From Candidatus Aenigmatarchaeota archaeon (GTDB lineage Archaea > Aenigmatarchaeota > Aenigmatarchaeia > CG10238-14 > SpSt-28), in contig JAVYPJ010000001.1 in the NCBI GenBank assembly GCA_038733315.1, forward strand, positions 107,469 through 171,468: a stretch of 64,000 nt of DNA, written 5' to 3'. Position 1 is the first letter of the stretch. Each line of letters starts with the position of its first letter. The notes below the pieces were generated by a model. That model worked only from the letters and a program-made list of their open reading frames with translations, was not told the origin of the DNA and made no database searches. Positions 20,358 to 29,485 of this stretch are shown here, in pieces. The translations under genes were made by a program, and so were the position numbers.

Positions 20358-20877
20358 AATCTTTTAAAATCTTTTCTTTAACTTTATAAAAATCTTGTGT
20401 TATATTTTTAAACTTTTCAATATAACTTGCAATATGTTTCCCTTCAATTCTATCTTCTGTTGGAAAAATTTCATCACTATGAGGAATTTTTAATCCAGCA
20501 TCAATCGCACCTTTCAAAACTGCAAATATTCTATTTCCCTTTGTACTTCTATTTATTCCTATATCCAATATAGCCTCTTGAATTCCGTTTTTTAAAGCTA
20601 ATTTACCTATTATTATTCCAGTAAGATAAGCTGCTGGTAAATTTTTACAAGAATACTTCCAATCGTATTTATCCTTTAATATTTTAGAGGTTATGCCTAA
20701 GATTGTGTAATCTTGAGCTATTTTAGATTTTACTAGTTGTGCAATGATATATTTATTTGTCTTTCTTACGACTAATCTAATCTTTCCACTTTTTAATAAA
20801 CCTATTCTTTGTCTATAATCTGTTTTATATTTTCTTCTCCTTTTATATGGCATTATATATGTTGTTTTATGAACCAT
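20350..20877 (-). CDS. rpl18: 50S ribosomal protein L18 (uL18)
   Basis: RRRKYKTDYRQR, NLPAAYLTG, LKGAIDAGL. Confidence 0.95.
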   Translation of the reverse strand: MVHKTTYIMPYKRRRKYKTDYRQRIGLLKSGKIRLVVRKTNKYIIAQLVKSKIAQDYTILGITSKILKDKYDWKYSCKNLPAAYLTGIIIGKLALKNGIQEAILDIGINRSTKGNRIFAVLKGAIDAGLKIPHSDEIFPTEDRIEGKHIASYIEKFKNITQDFYKVKEKILKDYG

Positions 20878-21295
20878 TTTTTTCCTCTTTAATTAACTTA
20901 TGCGTTTGTATATATAACTTTAAGTGTGTAGTGCTTCTAAAGAATCCGCCCTTTGCTAAATCTCTTAACTTTCTATATGTTCTATTATCAATTTTTCCCT
21001 CTTTTTTTAGAGCTTTTAAATATCTCCTTATTGGTCTAATTCTATTTATCCAATGTCTTTTTCTTGGTATTATAGAATATTTTCCACCTTTCCTTACATG
21101 TTTTTTTTCTTTTTTATCTTTTTTTGGCAAAAAGTCTTTTTTAGATTTTATTATTCCTCTAAAAATTAATTTTTTTACATCAGCTGTGGTAATTGCTTTT
21201 TCTGCCTCCTTAATTTTAGATGGGTCTATCCAAACCTTGCTTTTTCCTACCTTTAATATCTTCGAGGCTAATCTTTTTACAGTCTGAATAGCCAT
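20867..21295 (-). CDS. rpl19e: 50S ribosomal protein L19e
   Basis: KRLASKILKVGKSKVWIDP, WINRIR, AKGGFF. Confidence 0.95.
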   Translation of the reverse strand: MAIQTVKRLASKILKVGKSKVWIDPSKIKEAEKAITTADVKKLIFRGIIKSKKDFLPKKDKKEKKHVRKGGKYSIIPRKRHWINRIRPIRRYLKALKKEGKIDNRTYRKLRDLAKGGFFRSTTHLKLYIQTHKLIKEEKNGS

Positions 21296-21328
21296 TAATA
21301 TATTATTTTAAAAATAAATTATAATTTA

Positions 21329-22270
21329 ATGAAAGTTTTAATAACTGGGATTGCTGGATTTATTGGATCTAATTTAGCAGAAGAATTAGTAAAAAAAGGC
21401 TATAAAGTTTATGGAATTGATAATTTACATACTGGTAATATAGAAAATATTAAAAATATAATAGAAGATATAGTATTCTTAGAAGGAAGATCGAAAACAA
21501 TTATAAATCTTAATGAAAAATTTGATGTTATATTTCATCTTGGAACTTATTCTTCTAGCCCTATGTATAAACAAAATCCGTTTTTAGTAAATGAAGTTGT
21601 AGAAGATATGATGGCGATTTTAGAATATGCAAAAAAGAACAATTCAAAAATTATTTTCTCTTCAAGTTCTAGCTTATATAATTGGAATCCTATACCATGG
21701 AATGAAAATATGGAAATAAAAGTTACCGATTATTATACAGAAGCAAAATACCTATGCGAAAGATTATGTGAACTTTATGCAAAATTGTTTAAGATTAAAT
21801 GCATATCTCTAAGATATTTTAGTGTTTTTGGAGAAAATGAAGAATATAAAGGAAAGTATGCTAACGTTATTACCCAAATGGTATGGCATGCATTAAATCA
21901 AAAAGAATTTGAGATTTTTGGTGATGGTTCACAAAGCAGAGATTTAATATATGTTAAAGATGTTGTTGAAGCAAATTTAAAGGCAATGGAATTTGAAGAT
22001 TTTAATAAAATTCCTTTTGAAATATTTAATGTTGGCTCTGGAAAAAACTATTCGTTTAATGATATGGCAAATATTGTTAAAAAATTCTTAGATTTAAGAG
22101 TAAAATACGTAAATAATCCTATAAATAACTATGTTCATCATACATTAGCCGATACTACAAAAGCTAGGGAAATCTTAAAGTTTAAAACTAAATTCGAAGT
22201 TGAAAAAATTTTGCCGAAAATTATAGAATATTATAGTAAAAAAATTCAAAAAATAAAAATAAAAATATAA
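21329..22270 (+). CDS. NAD-dependent epimerase/dehydratase
   Basis: TGIAGFIGS, YTEAK, GDGSQSRDLIYVKDV. Confidence 0.92.
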   Translation: MKVLITGIAGFIGSNLAEELVKKGYKVYGIDNLHTGNIENIKNIIEDIVFLEGRSKTIINLNEKFDVIFHLGTYSSSPMYKQNPFLVNEVVEDMMAILEYAKKNNSKIIFSSSSSLYNWNPIPWNENMEIKVTDYYTEAKYLCERLCELYAKLFKIKCISLRYFSVFGENEEYKGKYANVITQMVWHALNQKEFEIFGDGSQSRDLIYVKDVVEANLKAMEFEDFNKIPFEIFNVGSGKNYSFNDMANIVKKFLDLRVKYVNNPINNYVHHTLADTTKAREILKFKTKFEVEKILPKIIEYYSKKIQKIKIKI

Positions 22271-22274
22271 TTTT

Positions 22275-23402
22275 ATGCTTTGGATTTTTAAATATAAGCC
22301 AAAAAGTTTAAATGAGTTTGTAAACCAAAAAGAGGCTATACAAAAATTTTTACAATGGTATAAAAATTGGAAAAATATTAAAAAAGCTGCTTTATTGTTT
22401 GGCCCGCCTGGAACTGGAAAAAGTTGTTTTGTAGAAGCTTTTGCTAGAGATAATAACTTAGAATTAATACAATTAAATGCCAGTGATAAAAGAGATTATA
22501 ACTCTATTAGAAATATTATTGGAAATGCAGCAAAAAGTTTAAGCATTTTTAAAAAAGGAAAAATATTTTTTATAGATGAAGTTGATGGGATTTCTGCTAG
22601 AGAAGATGTTGGCGCAGTAAAAGAAATTGTTAGAATTATTCAAGAATCGAAATTTCCAATAGTTTTGGCAGCTAACGATCCTTTTGATGCAAAGTTAAAA
22701 GAATTAAGAGAAAATTGCGAATTAATAGAATTTAAAAGATTAAGTGTTTTTGATATAGAAAAAAAACTTATTGAAATATTAGAAAAAGAGGGGATAAAGT
22801 ATGATAAAAATGTTGTAAGAGAAATTTCTAGTAGAAATAATGGAGATTTAAGAGGAGCTATAAATGATTTAGAAATTGTTGCTAGAAATAAAAAGGAAAT
22901 AAAAAAAGAGGATTTAGAAATTTTAGGGTTTAGAGATAGAGAGCAGCAAATATTTGAAGCATTAAAAATTCTTTTTAAAACCAAAAGTGCTATGGCTGCG
23001 AAAATGAGTATTATTAATTTAGATATGGAGCCAGAAGAAATTTTTTATTGGATTGAAGAAAATATAGCGAACGAATATGAAAAAATAGAAGAAATTGCAA
23101 GTGCTTATGATCGCTTAAGTAAAGCTGATTTATTTAGAAAAAGAATATTGTCTAGACAAAATTGGAGGTATTTGGTCTATATGAATGATTTAATGACAAT
23201 CGGAGTTGCACTATCTAAAAAGGAAATGTATAGAAAATTTACAAGATATAAGCCGCCAAGCATTTTGAAACTATTAGCACAAACTAAACAAATAAGAGAG
23301 CAAGAAAAAATAAAATTGAAGGAATTTGCTGAAAAGCTACATTGCTCAACAAAAAAGATTAAAACAGAATTTATGCCATATTTATCAAAATTTTTAAAAT
23401 AA
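22275..23402 (+). CDS. rfcL: Replication factor C large subunit
   Basis: WIFKYKP, GPPGTGKS, LNASD, IDEVDG, GDLRGAINDL. Confidence 0.92.
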   Translation: MLWIFKYKPKSLNEFVNQKEAIQKFLQWYKNWKNIKKAALLFGPPGTGKSCFVEAFARDNNLELIQLNASDKRDYNSIRNIIGNAAKSLSIFKKGKIFFIDEVDGISAREDVGAVKEIVRIIQESKFPIVLAANDPFDAKLKELRENCELIEFKRLSVFDIEKKLIEILEKEGIKYDKNVVREISSRNNGDLRGAINDLEIVARNKKEIKKEDLEILGFRDREQQIFEALKILFKTKSAMAAKMSIINLDMEPEEIFYWIEENIANEYEKIEEIASAYDRLSKADLFRKRILSRQNWRYLVYMNDLMTIGVALSKKEMYRKFTRYKPPSILKLLAQTKQIREQEKIKLKEFAEKLHCSTKKIKTEFMPYLSKFLK

Positions 23403-23415
23403 AGAATAATTTATT

Positions 23416-26400
23416 ATGAAAAAAGAAAAAATTTTTTTGATTTTTCTTTTTTTTACAATTTTTATATTTAACTTTTCTCTATCTTTTTCTCAAACCTGGC
23501 TTTCTGGTTGGCAATATAGAATTCCAATAACAATTAGAGAAAATTCTGGGAATACTTTAACAGATTACCAAATTTTAGTAACAATAAATACTCAGAACTT
23601 AATTTCTCAAGGAAAAATGAGAAGTGATTGCGGAGATATAAGATTTACTGATAGTGATGGAAGAACTTTATTGAATTATTGGATTGAAGATGGATGTAAT
23701 TCTACTAATACAAAAATTTGGGTAAAAGTACCAAATATTCCTGCTAATTCAAATAAAATAATTTATTTGTATTATGGAAATCCAAATGCTAATTCGATGA
23801 GTAATGGAGATTTGGTTTTTGAATTTTTTGATGATTTTAGAACAAATCCCAATACAAATGGTAAATGGAGAATTTTTAGATACTCAAATGACGTTAATAA
23901 CGAGTTCGTATGGGACAACACAAATAATCAAGTGTATCTGACAAGAAATTTAAATGGTAAAGGTGTTATGGCGTTTTTTAATAAATCTTTTTCACCATAT
24001 AATACCATTACAGAATTTGAAATTTATATTGGCGGCGGTAATGGTGCTGACGGATTGTCGTTTTATTTCGATAAAAACATAAATCCATATATAACCTATG
24101 GAAGAGCACTTGCTGGAGGCAGTATGGCAAGTATGGCCTTCGATGGTTCTAATTCCTATCTTTCTGAAGGATATAGCATAGGATTCGATACTCGGCGAAA
24201 CACCGAAAATGGATATGAACAATCTACGCCACATATAGAAGTTGCAAGGACTAGCGCAACAAACCCTAGTGTACATTATTCGGGAGCTCATCTAACTTCC
24301 GTCTCTTATTCAAACTTAAGAGGAAATTGGTTGAAGGTAGTAGTAATAATAAAATCTAATGCTGTTGAAGTTTATATAAACAACGTTCTACAACTCAGTT
24401 ATACTGGTTTAACATCTCTAAATTATAACTGGCAGGGGATTGGTGCGTCGACTGGCGGGTATAATGACAATCATGCGATAAAAAACTTAAGAGTTAGAAA
24501 ATTCGCACCACAAGAGCCAACATATACATTAGGTAGGGAAGAGTCCATCACTTTAGTTCCCGTATGGCTAAGTTATTTTTCTAACGTTTCTCAAGCTATA
24601 ATTAATCAGCCGATAAAATTTTCGAGCTTATGGAATGCTTCCCAAATTCCATATTTAACCCAACCTTCTCAAACCTGGCTTTCTGGTTGGCAATATAGAA
24701 TTCCAATAACAATTAGAGAAAATTCTGGGAATACTTTAACAGATTACCAAATTTTAGTAACAATAAATACTCAGAACTTAATTTCTCAAGGAAAAATGAG
24801 AAGTGATTGCGGAGATATAAGATTTACTGATAGTGATGGAAGAACTTTATTGAATTATTGGATTGAAGATGGATGTAATTCTACTAATACAAAAATTTGG
24901 GTAAAAGTACCAAATATTCCTGCTAATTCAAATAAAATAATTTATTTGTATTATGGAAATCCAAGTGCTACTTCTATGAGTAATGGAGATAATACTTTTA
25001 TATTTTTTGATGATTTCTCCTTTAGAAACATTTCCAAATGGAATTGGCCTGACAACTGGATTATAGAAAATAACACAGCAAAACAAACAGTAGCGAATTG
25101 GTGGAGTTCCGAGTTGATCTCTCAAAAACTGAATATTGGAATCAGCAATTATGTTGGTATTTGTATAAAAACGTTGGCCATAAACGACGGCACCGTTCGG
25201 GCGTACGATGTTGTAGTCTCAGTTAATATTAGTAATTCGTGGTATAATTCACCGTTCTTTACAACGTCCTATGCATGGTACGGTTTTTTCGATAGAATAT
25301 GTTCTGGAAGTGGAAGTTGCCCGTATGGAGAGACTAGGCAATGGAGAGTCTATGATATTATAATATTTACTAATAATCAAACGTGGTATTTGGACGGATC
25401 TGTTATAGATTCTAGAAATTCAGCCGTAGGTAATATTATTTATAATTTTGCCATAAATTCAAAAGGTGTTAGTAGATTCGATTATTTTATAGTTAGAAAA
25501 TGTAGTAGAATAAATCCAATTGTTTCTCTTGGAAGTGAAGAGATACTTTCCTCATCTTCAAGCGTCTTTCTCTCAAACTACATTTTCTCATATAAATTAG
25601 GAAATTCTCAATGGATTAATGAAACCTATAGATTTGGTCCCGTATATCAAACCTGGCTTTCTGGTTGGCAATATAGAATTCCTATAACAATTAGAGAAAA
25701 TTCTGGAAATACTTTAACAGATTATCAAATTTTAGTAACGATAAACACTCAGAACTTAATTTCTCAAGGAAAAATGAGAAATGATTGTGGAGATATAAGA
25801 TTTATAGATAGTGATGGAAGTATTTTATTAAATTATTGGATTGAAAGTGGTTGCAATACAACTAATACAAGAATTTGGGTAAAAGTACCAAATATTCCGG
25901 CTAATTCTCAAAAAACAATTTATTTGTATTATGGAAATCCAAGTGCTACTTCTATGAGTAATGGAACTAGCACTTTTATATTTTTTGATGATTTTGAAGA
26001 TGGTGATTACACTAATAATCCTGTATGGAATATAGATACCGGTCAAAAAATATGTACAAGCTACTGTTGTGGAAGTTATAGTGCTTCTAACAGATATTTA
26101 GAATTAACATCAGGTTTTTGCTCTTTAAATCTTTATTCAGATTTACCTCAACCGATATCACCACAAAAAATAGCAATAGATTTTAACTCTTGGTGGACAG
26201 GAACACATTGTTATAATAATGAAGTTCTCTTACTAAACTCATCAAACGCTATAATGATTGGTGGTGGCGGTGTTTTATGTGATTATCATTCTATAAGAGC
26301 CCTAGAGCTTAGAGTAAATAATAATTTTTATTCTAGCAGCTTGGATTTCCCATATGGCACTTGGCATCGTATAACTATTATATTTAATGGAACTCATTAT

Positions 26401-27543
26401 ACTGTTAGAATGAACGATGTAAATACTTATTCTATTTCTGAAGCAATCTATCCATATCCTATAACGACAATATACATAGGAGGTTGGCAACATTCTATGG
26501 GCGCTAAATTTGATAATATTAGAATTCGCAAATACACTTCACCAGAACCAACAGTTTCCATAGGAAATGAAGAAACTATGCTACCTTTCACAGCCTGGGC
26601 AAATGTTACAAAAAGTTTCTCTCAGCCAGGAACATTGTGTTGGAAATTTTATGCAAACAATACTCTAAATCTATGGAATGTTACGCCAGAAAGTTGCTTA
26701 AATATAATTTCGCCAGATTTTTGGCTAGAAGCTAAACTATTAGATCCTAGAGAAAATAGTATAATAAACCTAATTCCTGGAGAAGGAATTCAAGTAAAAG
26801 CAAATGTAACATTAAGGTCTAACTATTTCTTTTGTACGAATGGAAACGCAACTCTAAGATATAATACTTCGACTTCAATGCTACCAAATACTGCAATACC
26901 AACGTCTTCCGCACCTATAACAACAGATACAAATCCAATATACGTTGGAAATCTATGTGTAAATAATTCTACTCAAGTTGTTTTTAATTTAATAGCTAAC
27001 AGTCAAACTTATAAGATAGTAGATGTAAATTTCTGCTTTGAGCAAATATGTAATAATACATTGCGTTTTTTTGTTAACGTTTCTATAACAACACCAAGAA
27101 ACCTAACATTAAAAAAAGGATGGAACTTAATTTCTATACCCTATAAAACTATAAATCTTGATTTGAACAGAGATGGATGTAATTTAAGAGAAAGGGTATT
27201 TCACTATTTTAATGCTTCGTCGAACTCTTGGGAATATCATACCTATAAAAATTTAAGAGGTGGAATAGCATATTGGATTTATAGCGAAAAAAATTGTGAA
27301 TCGGTTTTATATGTTAGTGACGCAGTTACTCCAAACGACATGCCAGGAATAATACGAGGAAAAAAGAATTATATAGGTAGTTTAAGCTCTTCAAGAAGTC
27401 TTCAAGAAATATATACCAACATACGACAACTATGTAATTCTGTCAGTATAGCACGCTGGGATTCCGAAAGAAACGCATTCTTAAATATAGATATATCAAG
27501 CAATTTAACTCCTTGGTACGGTTATATCTTAGAATGTTCTTAA
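23416..27543 (+). CDS. Large secreted/surface protein with three DUF2341-like + lectin-like modules and a C-terminal GWNLISIP domain
   Basis: N-terminal signal peptide; three copies of WLSGWQYRIPITI...DIRF.DSDG...YWIE...IWVKVP...YLYYGNP...FFDDF; many N-glycosylation sequons. Confidence 0.85.
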   Translation: MKKEKIFLIFLFFTIFIFNFSLSFSQTWLSGWQYRIPITIRENSGNTLTDYQILVTINTQNLISQGKMRSDCGDIRFTDSDGRTLLNYWIEDGCNSTNTKIWVKVPNIPANSNKIIYLYYGNPNANSMSNGDLVFEFFDDFRTNPNTNGKWRIFRYSNDVNNEFVWDNTNNQVYLTRNLNGKGVMAFFNKSFSPYNTITEFEIYIGGGNGADGLSFYFDKNINPYITYGRALAGGSMASMAFDGSNSYLSEGYSIGFDTRRNTENGYEQSTPHIEVARTSATNPSVHYSGAHLTSVSYSNLRGNWLKVVVIIKSNAVEVYINNVLQLSYTGLTSLNYNWQGIGASTGGYNDNHAIKNLRVRKFAPQEPTYTLGREESITLVPVWLSYFSNVSQAIINQPIKFSSLWNASQIPYLTQPSQTWLSGWQYRIPITIRENSGNTLTDYQILVTINTQNLISQGKMRSDCGDIRFTDSDGRTLLNYWIEDGCNSTNTKIWVKVPNIPANSNKIIYLYYGNPSATSMSNGDNTFIFFDDFSFRNISKWNWPDNWIIENNTAKQTVANWWSSELISQKLNIGISNYVGICIKTLAINDGTVRAYDVVVSVNISNSWYNSPFFTTSYAWYGFFDRICSGSGSCPYGETRQWRVYDIIIFTNNQTWYLDGSVIDSRNSAVGNIIYNFAINSKGVSRFDYFIVRKCSRINPIVSLGSEEILSSSSSVFLSNYIFSYKLGNSQWINETYRFGPVYQTWLSGWQYRIPITIRENSGNTLTDYQILVTINTQNLISQGKMRNDCGDIRFIDSDGSILLNYWIESGCNTTNTRIWVKVPNIPANSQKTIYLYYGNPSATSMSNGTSTFIFFDDFEDGDYTNNPVWNIDTGQKICTSYCCGSYSASNRYLELTSGFCSLNLYSDLPQPISPQKIAIDFNSWWTGTHCYNNEVLLLNSSNAIMIGGGGVLCDYHSIRALELRVNNNFYSSSLDFPYGTWHRITIIFNGTHYTVRMNDVNTYSISEAIYPYPITTIYIGGWQHSMGAKFDNIRIRKYTSPEPTVSIGNEETMLPFTAWANVTKSFSQPGTLCWKFYANNTLNLWNVTPESCLNIISPDFWLEAKLLDPRENSIINLIPGEGIQVKANVTLRSNYFFCTNGNATLRYNTSTSMLPNTAIPTSSAPITTDTNPIYVGNLCVNNSTQVVFNLIANSQTYKIVDVNFCFEQICNNTLRFFVNVSITTPRNLTLKKGWNLISIPYKTINLDLNRDGCNLRERVFHYFNASSNSWEYHTYKNLRGGIAYWIYSEKNCESVLYVSDAVTPNDMPGIIRGKKNYIGSLSSSRSLQEIYTNIRQLCNSVSIARWDSERNAFLNIDISSNLTPWYGYILECS
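23487..23785 (+). repeat. Intragenic direct repeat copy 1 (~299 bp, identical by eye to copy 2)
   Basis: Base-by-base comparison with 24666-24964 (offset 1179). Confidence 0.95.
24666..25016 (+). repeat. Intragenic direct repeat copy 2
   Basis: 24666-24964 equals copy 1; the 3' end (ccaagtgctacttctatgagtaatgga...acttttatattttttgatgattt) matches copy 3. Confidence 0.95.
25648..25994 (+). repeat. Intragenic direct repeat copy 3 (diverged, scattered substitutions)
   Basis: caaacctggctttctggttggcaatatagaatt... at offset 978 from copy 2. Confidence 0.93.
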
Positions 27544-27950
27544 CTAGCTCTTGGCCTCCAACTAAAAACTATTAATTCTTTATAATATATTTTTCCATCA
27601 CTAAAAACTAATTCCGCTTCGCTTGTAGATGGAAATTGTTGAAATGGTTGATTGCATGGGGAAACTCTTATATCTATAGTTACAAAATATCCAAAATCCC
27701 TTAATTTTTCTAATGTCTTAGCAAACTCCTCTGTATTATATTTAAATTCTTCACAATCTTTTGACAAACTCGCTATTTCTAAGAACTTTTCCTTAATGTT
27801 TTTAACTAAAAGAGCGTATTCAGGTATGTATTGAGATGTATCTACATAAAACATTCCTGTAATAGTAAAGTATAGAGCTATTAAAGCGCCTACAATTAAA
27901 ACTGCTGTTAAAGTCATGAACTGTGCTTTATAATATTTGTAATATTGCAT
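27540..27950 (-). CDS. Pilin-like protein with putative class III signal peptide
   Basis: MQYYKYYKA|QFMTLTAVLIVGALIALYF: basic-Ala-Gln followed by a hydrophobic helix. Confidence 0.55.
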   Translation of the reverse strand: MQYYKYYKAQFMTLTAVLIVGALIALYFTITGMFYVDTSQYIPEYALLVKNIKEKFLEIASLSKDCEEFKYNTEEFAKTLEKLRDFGYFVTIDIRVSPCNQPFQQFPSTSEAELVFSDGKIYYKELIVFSWRPRAS

Positions 27951-28227
27951 GTTTTTGCCCATCTATAATTAAAATGTTCTTTTCACTAATTAAACCTTTT
28001 TCAATAAGTAAATTTACAACATTTTTTCCAAATGCATTTATAACGTTAAAACTTTCGTTACTTATAAGACTTAGAAGTTCGTTCTGATTAACAGTTCTTT
28101 CGAAATAAAAATCTTTGGAAACTTTTAATTTAACACCCCTATACTCGAATTCTTTATCTATAACATCTATATCGCAAATAGCTAATATTTTTACTCCGAA
28201 TTTTTCATGAATCTTTATACAAAACAT
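27928..28227 (-). CDS. DUF424 family protein
   Basis: ILAICD..., VSKDFY, INAFGKNVV; adjacent to aIF-2beta as is usual in archaea. Confidence 0.8.
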   Translation of the reverse strand: MFCIKIHEKFGVKILAICDIDVIDKEFEYRGVKLKVSKDFYFERTVNQNELLSLISNESFNVINAFGKNVVNLLIEKGLISEKNILIIDGQKHAILQIL

Positions 28228-28632
28228 TTAATATCTCAATATTTTTTTATTTCCACAAGCTTCACACCTTAAATATCTTATATTATTTTCCTTGATTATA
28301 ACAGTTTCCGGTTTTTGGCATAAATCGCATAAAACAAAGTACTTAACGTATTCATCTAACTTTTTCCTTAGAATTTCTCTATTAATAATTCCGTTTAAAA
28401 CTAAAACATCTTTCTCAAACCTACCAGGAACTCCAACAATCCTTAAAAAATCTCCTCTAAAATCCTCTGCACTTCTCTTTAATTTATATAAAATTTCCTT
28501 AATATTAAGAATATAAGTTTTGTTTTTCTCATACTTTACCTCTATTTCAGGTAATGAATATCTATCAGAAGATATGCTAACATTAGGCAATTTTTTCAAT
28601 GCTTCATCTAACATTTCTTCATAGCTTTTCAT
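28228..28632 (-). CDS. eif2b: Translation initiation factor aIF-2 beta
   Basis: YEEMLDEALKKLP, FVLCDLCQKPET, LRCEACG. Confidence 0.92.
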   Translation of the reverse strand: MKSYEEMLDEALKKLPNVSISSDRYSLPEIEVKYEKNKTYILNIKEILYKLKRSAEDFRGDFLRIVGVPGRFEKDVLVLNGIINREILRKKLDEYVKYFVLCDLCQKPETVIIKENNIRYLRCEACGNKKILRY

Positions 28633-29342
28633 TCTATAATCCTATATTTTCCTGGAGCATATTCGTATATTTTTCCACTATTTAACAACTCCCTTATAAC
28701 TCTTTCAATCCTATCCTTTTCAATATTTAGAATAGATAATATTTCCGATTCCGAAACGCCATCTTCGGAAGAAAAACTTTTTATAATTTCTAGAATTTTA
28801 TCCTCAAGATTTTCTAAGGATTTTAATTTCAAAATTTCTTTTACTTGAATTTCTTCTAACTCAAACCTTTTTTTAGCTTCGATAAGTATTTCTTCGTAAT
28901 TTAAAATTTCTGAAAGTTTTAAAATCTCTTTTACTATATTAGAATTTCTTTTTATTCTATCTATTATTTTTAATTTAAAAAAACTCTCGAAAACAAAATC
29001 AACTTTTTTTATAAACTCTGCTCTAATATATCTATAGTTATATTCTCTTACCTTACCATAAGCAAAAACTATATTTCCCAAATCTATTTTAAGACTTTCA
29101 TTAACCAATTCTCCAAAACATTTTAAAATTATATCGCTTGTATCATCGCAAATAATTAATCTGGAATATGTCAAATCTTCGTTAACATATTTATCAACTA
29201 AGGTTCCAACAATTCCGCACCTAACAACCTTTTCTCCCATTTTTGTTACAATAAAAGATGGTAATTTATTCTCTACACTTCCTTCAAAATAGCTAGAATT
29301 TTTTATTTCCAAAATTCTTAAAGGAATTATTGGATACCTCAT
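28629..29342 (-). CDS. RPA32-like OB-fold + winged-helix ssDNA-binding protein
   Basis: RCGIVGTLVDK, ICDDTS, GKVREY; C-terminal LLNSGKIYEYAPGKYR. Confidence 0.8.
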   Translation of the reverse strand: MRYPIIPLRILEIKNSSYFEGSVENKLPSFIVTKMGEKVVRCGIVGTLVDKYVNEDLTYSRLIICDDTSDIILKCFGELVNESLKIDLGNIVFAYGKVREYNYRYIRAEFIKKVDFVFESFFKLKIIDRIKRNSNIVKEILKLSEILNYEEILIEAKKRFELEEIQVKEILKLKSLENLEDKILEIIKSFSSEDGVSESEILSILNIEKDRIERVIRELLNSGKIYEYAPGKYRIIE

Positions 29343-29375
29343 AAATTTGAAAGAAAACAAAAAATAAATATGTAT

Positions 29376-29448
29376 GGGGAGGTAGTTTAGCCTGGAAGAA
29401 TGCGGGCCTTGGGAGTCCGTGACCCGGGTTCAAATCCCGGCCTCCCCA
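29376..29448 (+). tRNA. tRNA-Pro(TGG)
   Basis: GGGGAGG/CCTCCCC acceptor stem, anticodon loop CT-TGG-GA, GGTTCAAATCC T arm; CCA not encoded. Confidence 0.96.
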
Positions 29449-29485
29449 GTTTTTAATAATTTAAATCGGTAAGTAAATATAGTTT

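Noticed and set aside
23488..26574. Inteins as explanation for the inserted modules
   Set aside because: No N-terminal Cys/Ser block with a C-terminal His-Asn splice motif and no LAGLIDADG domain visible.
23416..27543. Diversity-generating retroelement (DGR) target
   Set aside because: No reverse transcriptase in the window. Repeat differences are not adenine-specific and all copies are coding and in frame.
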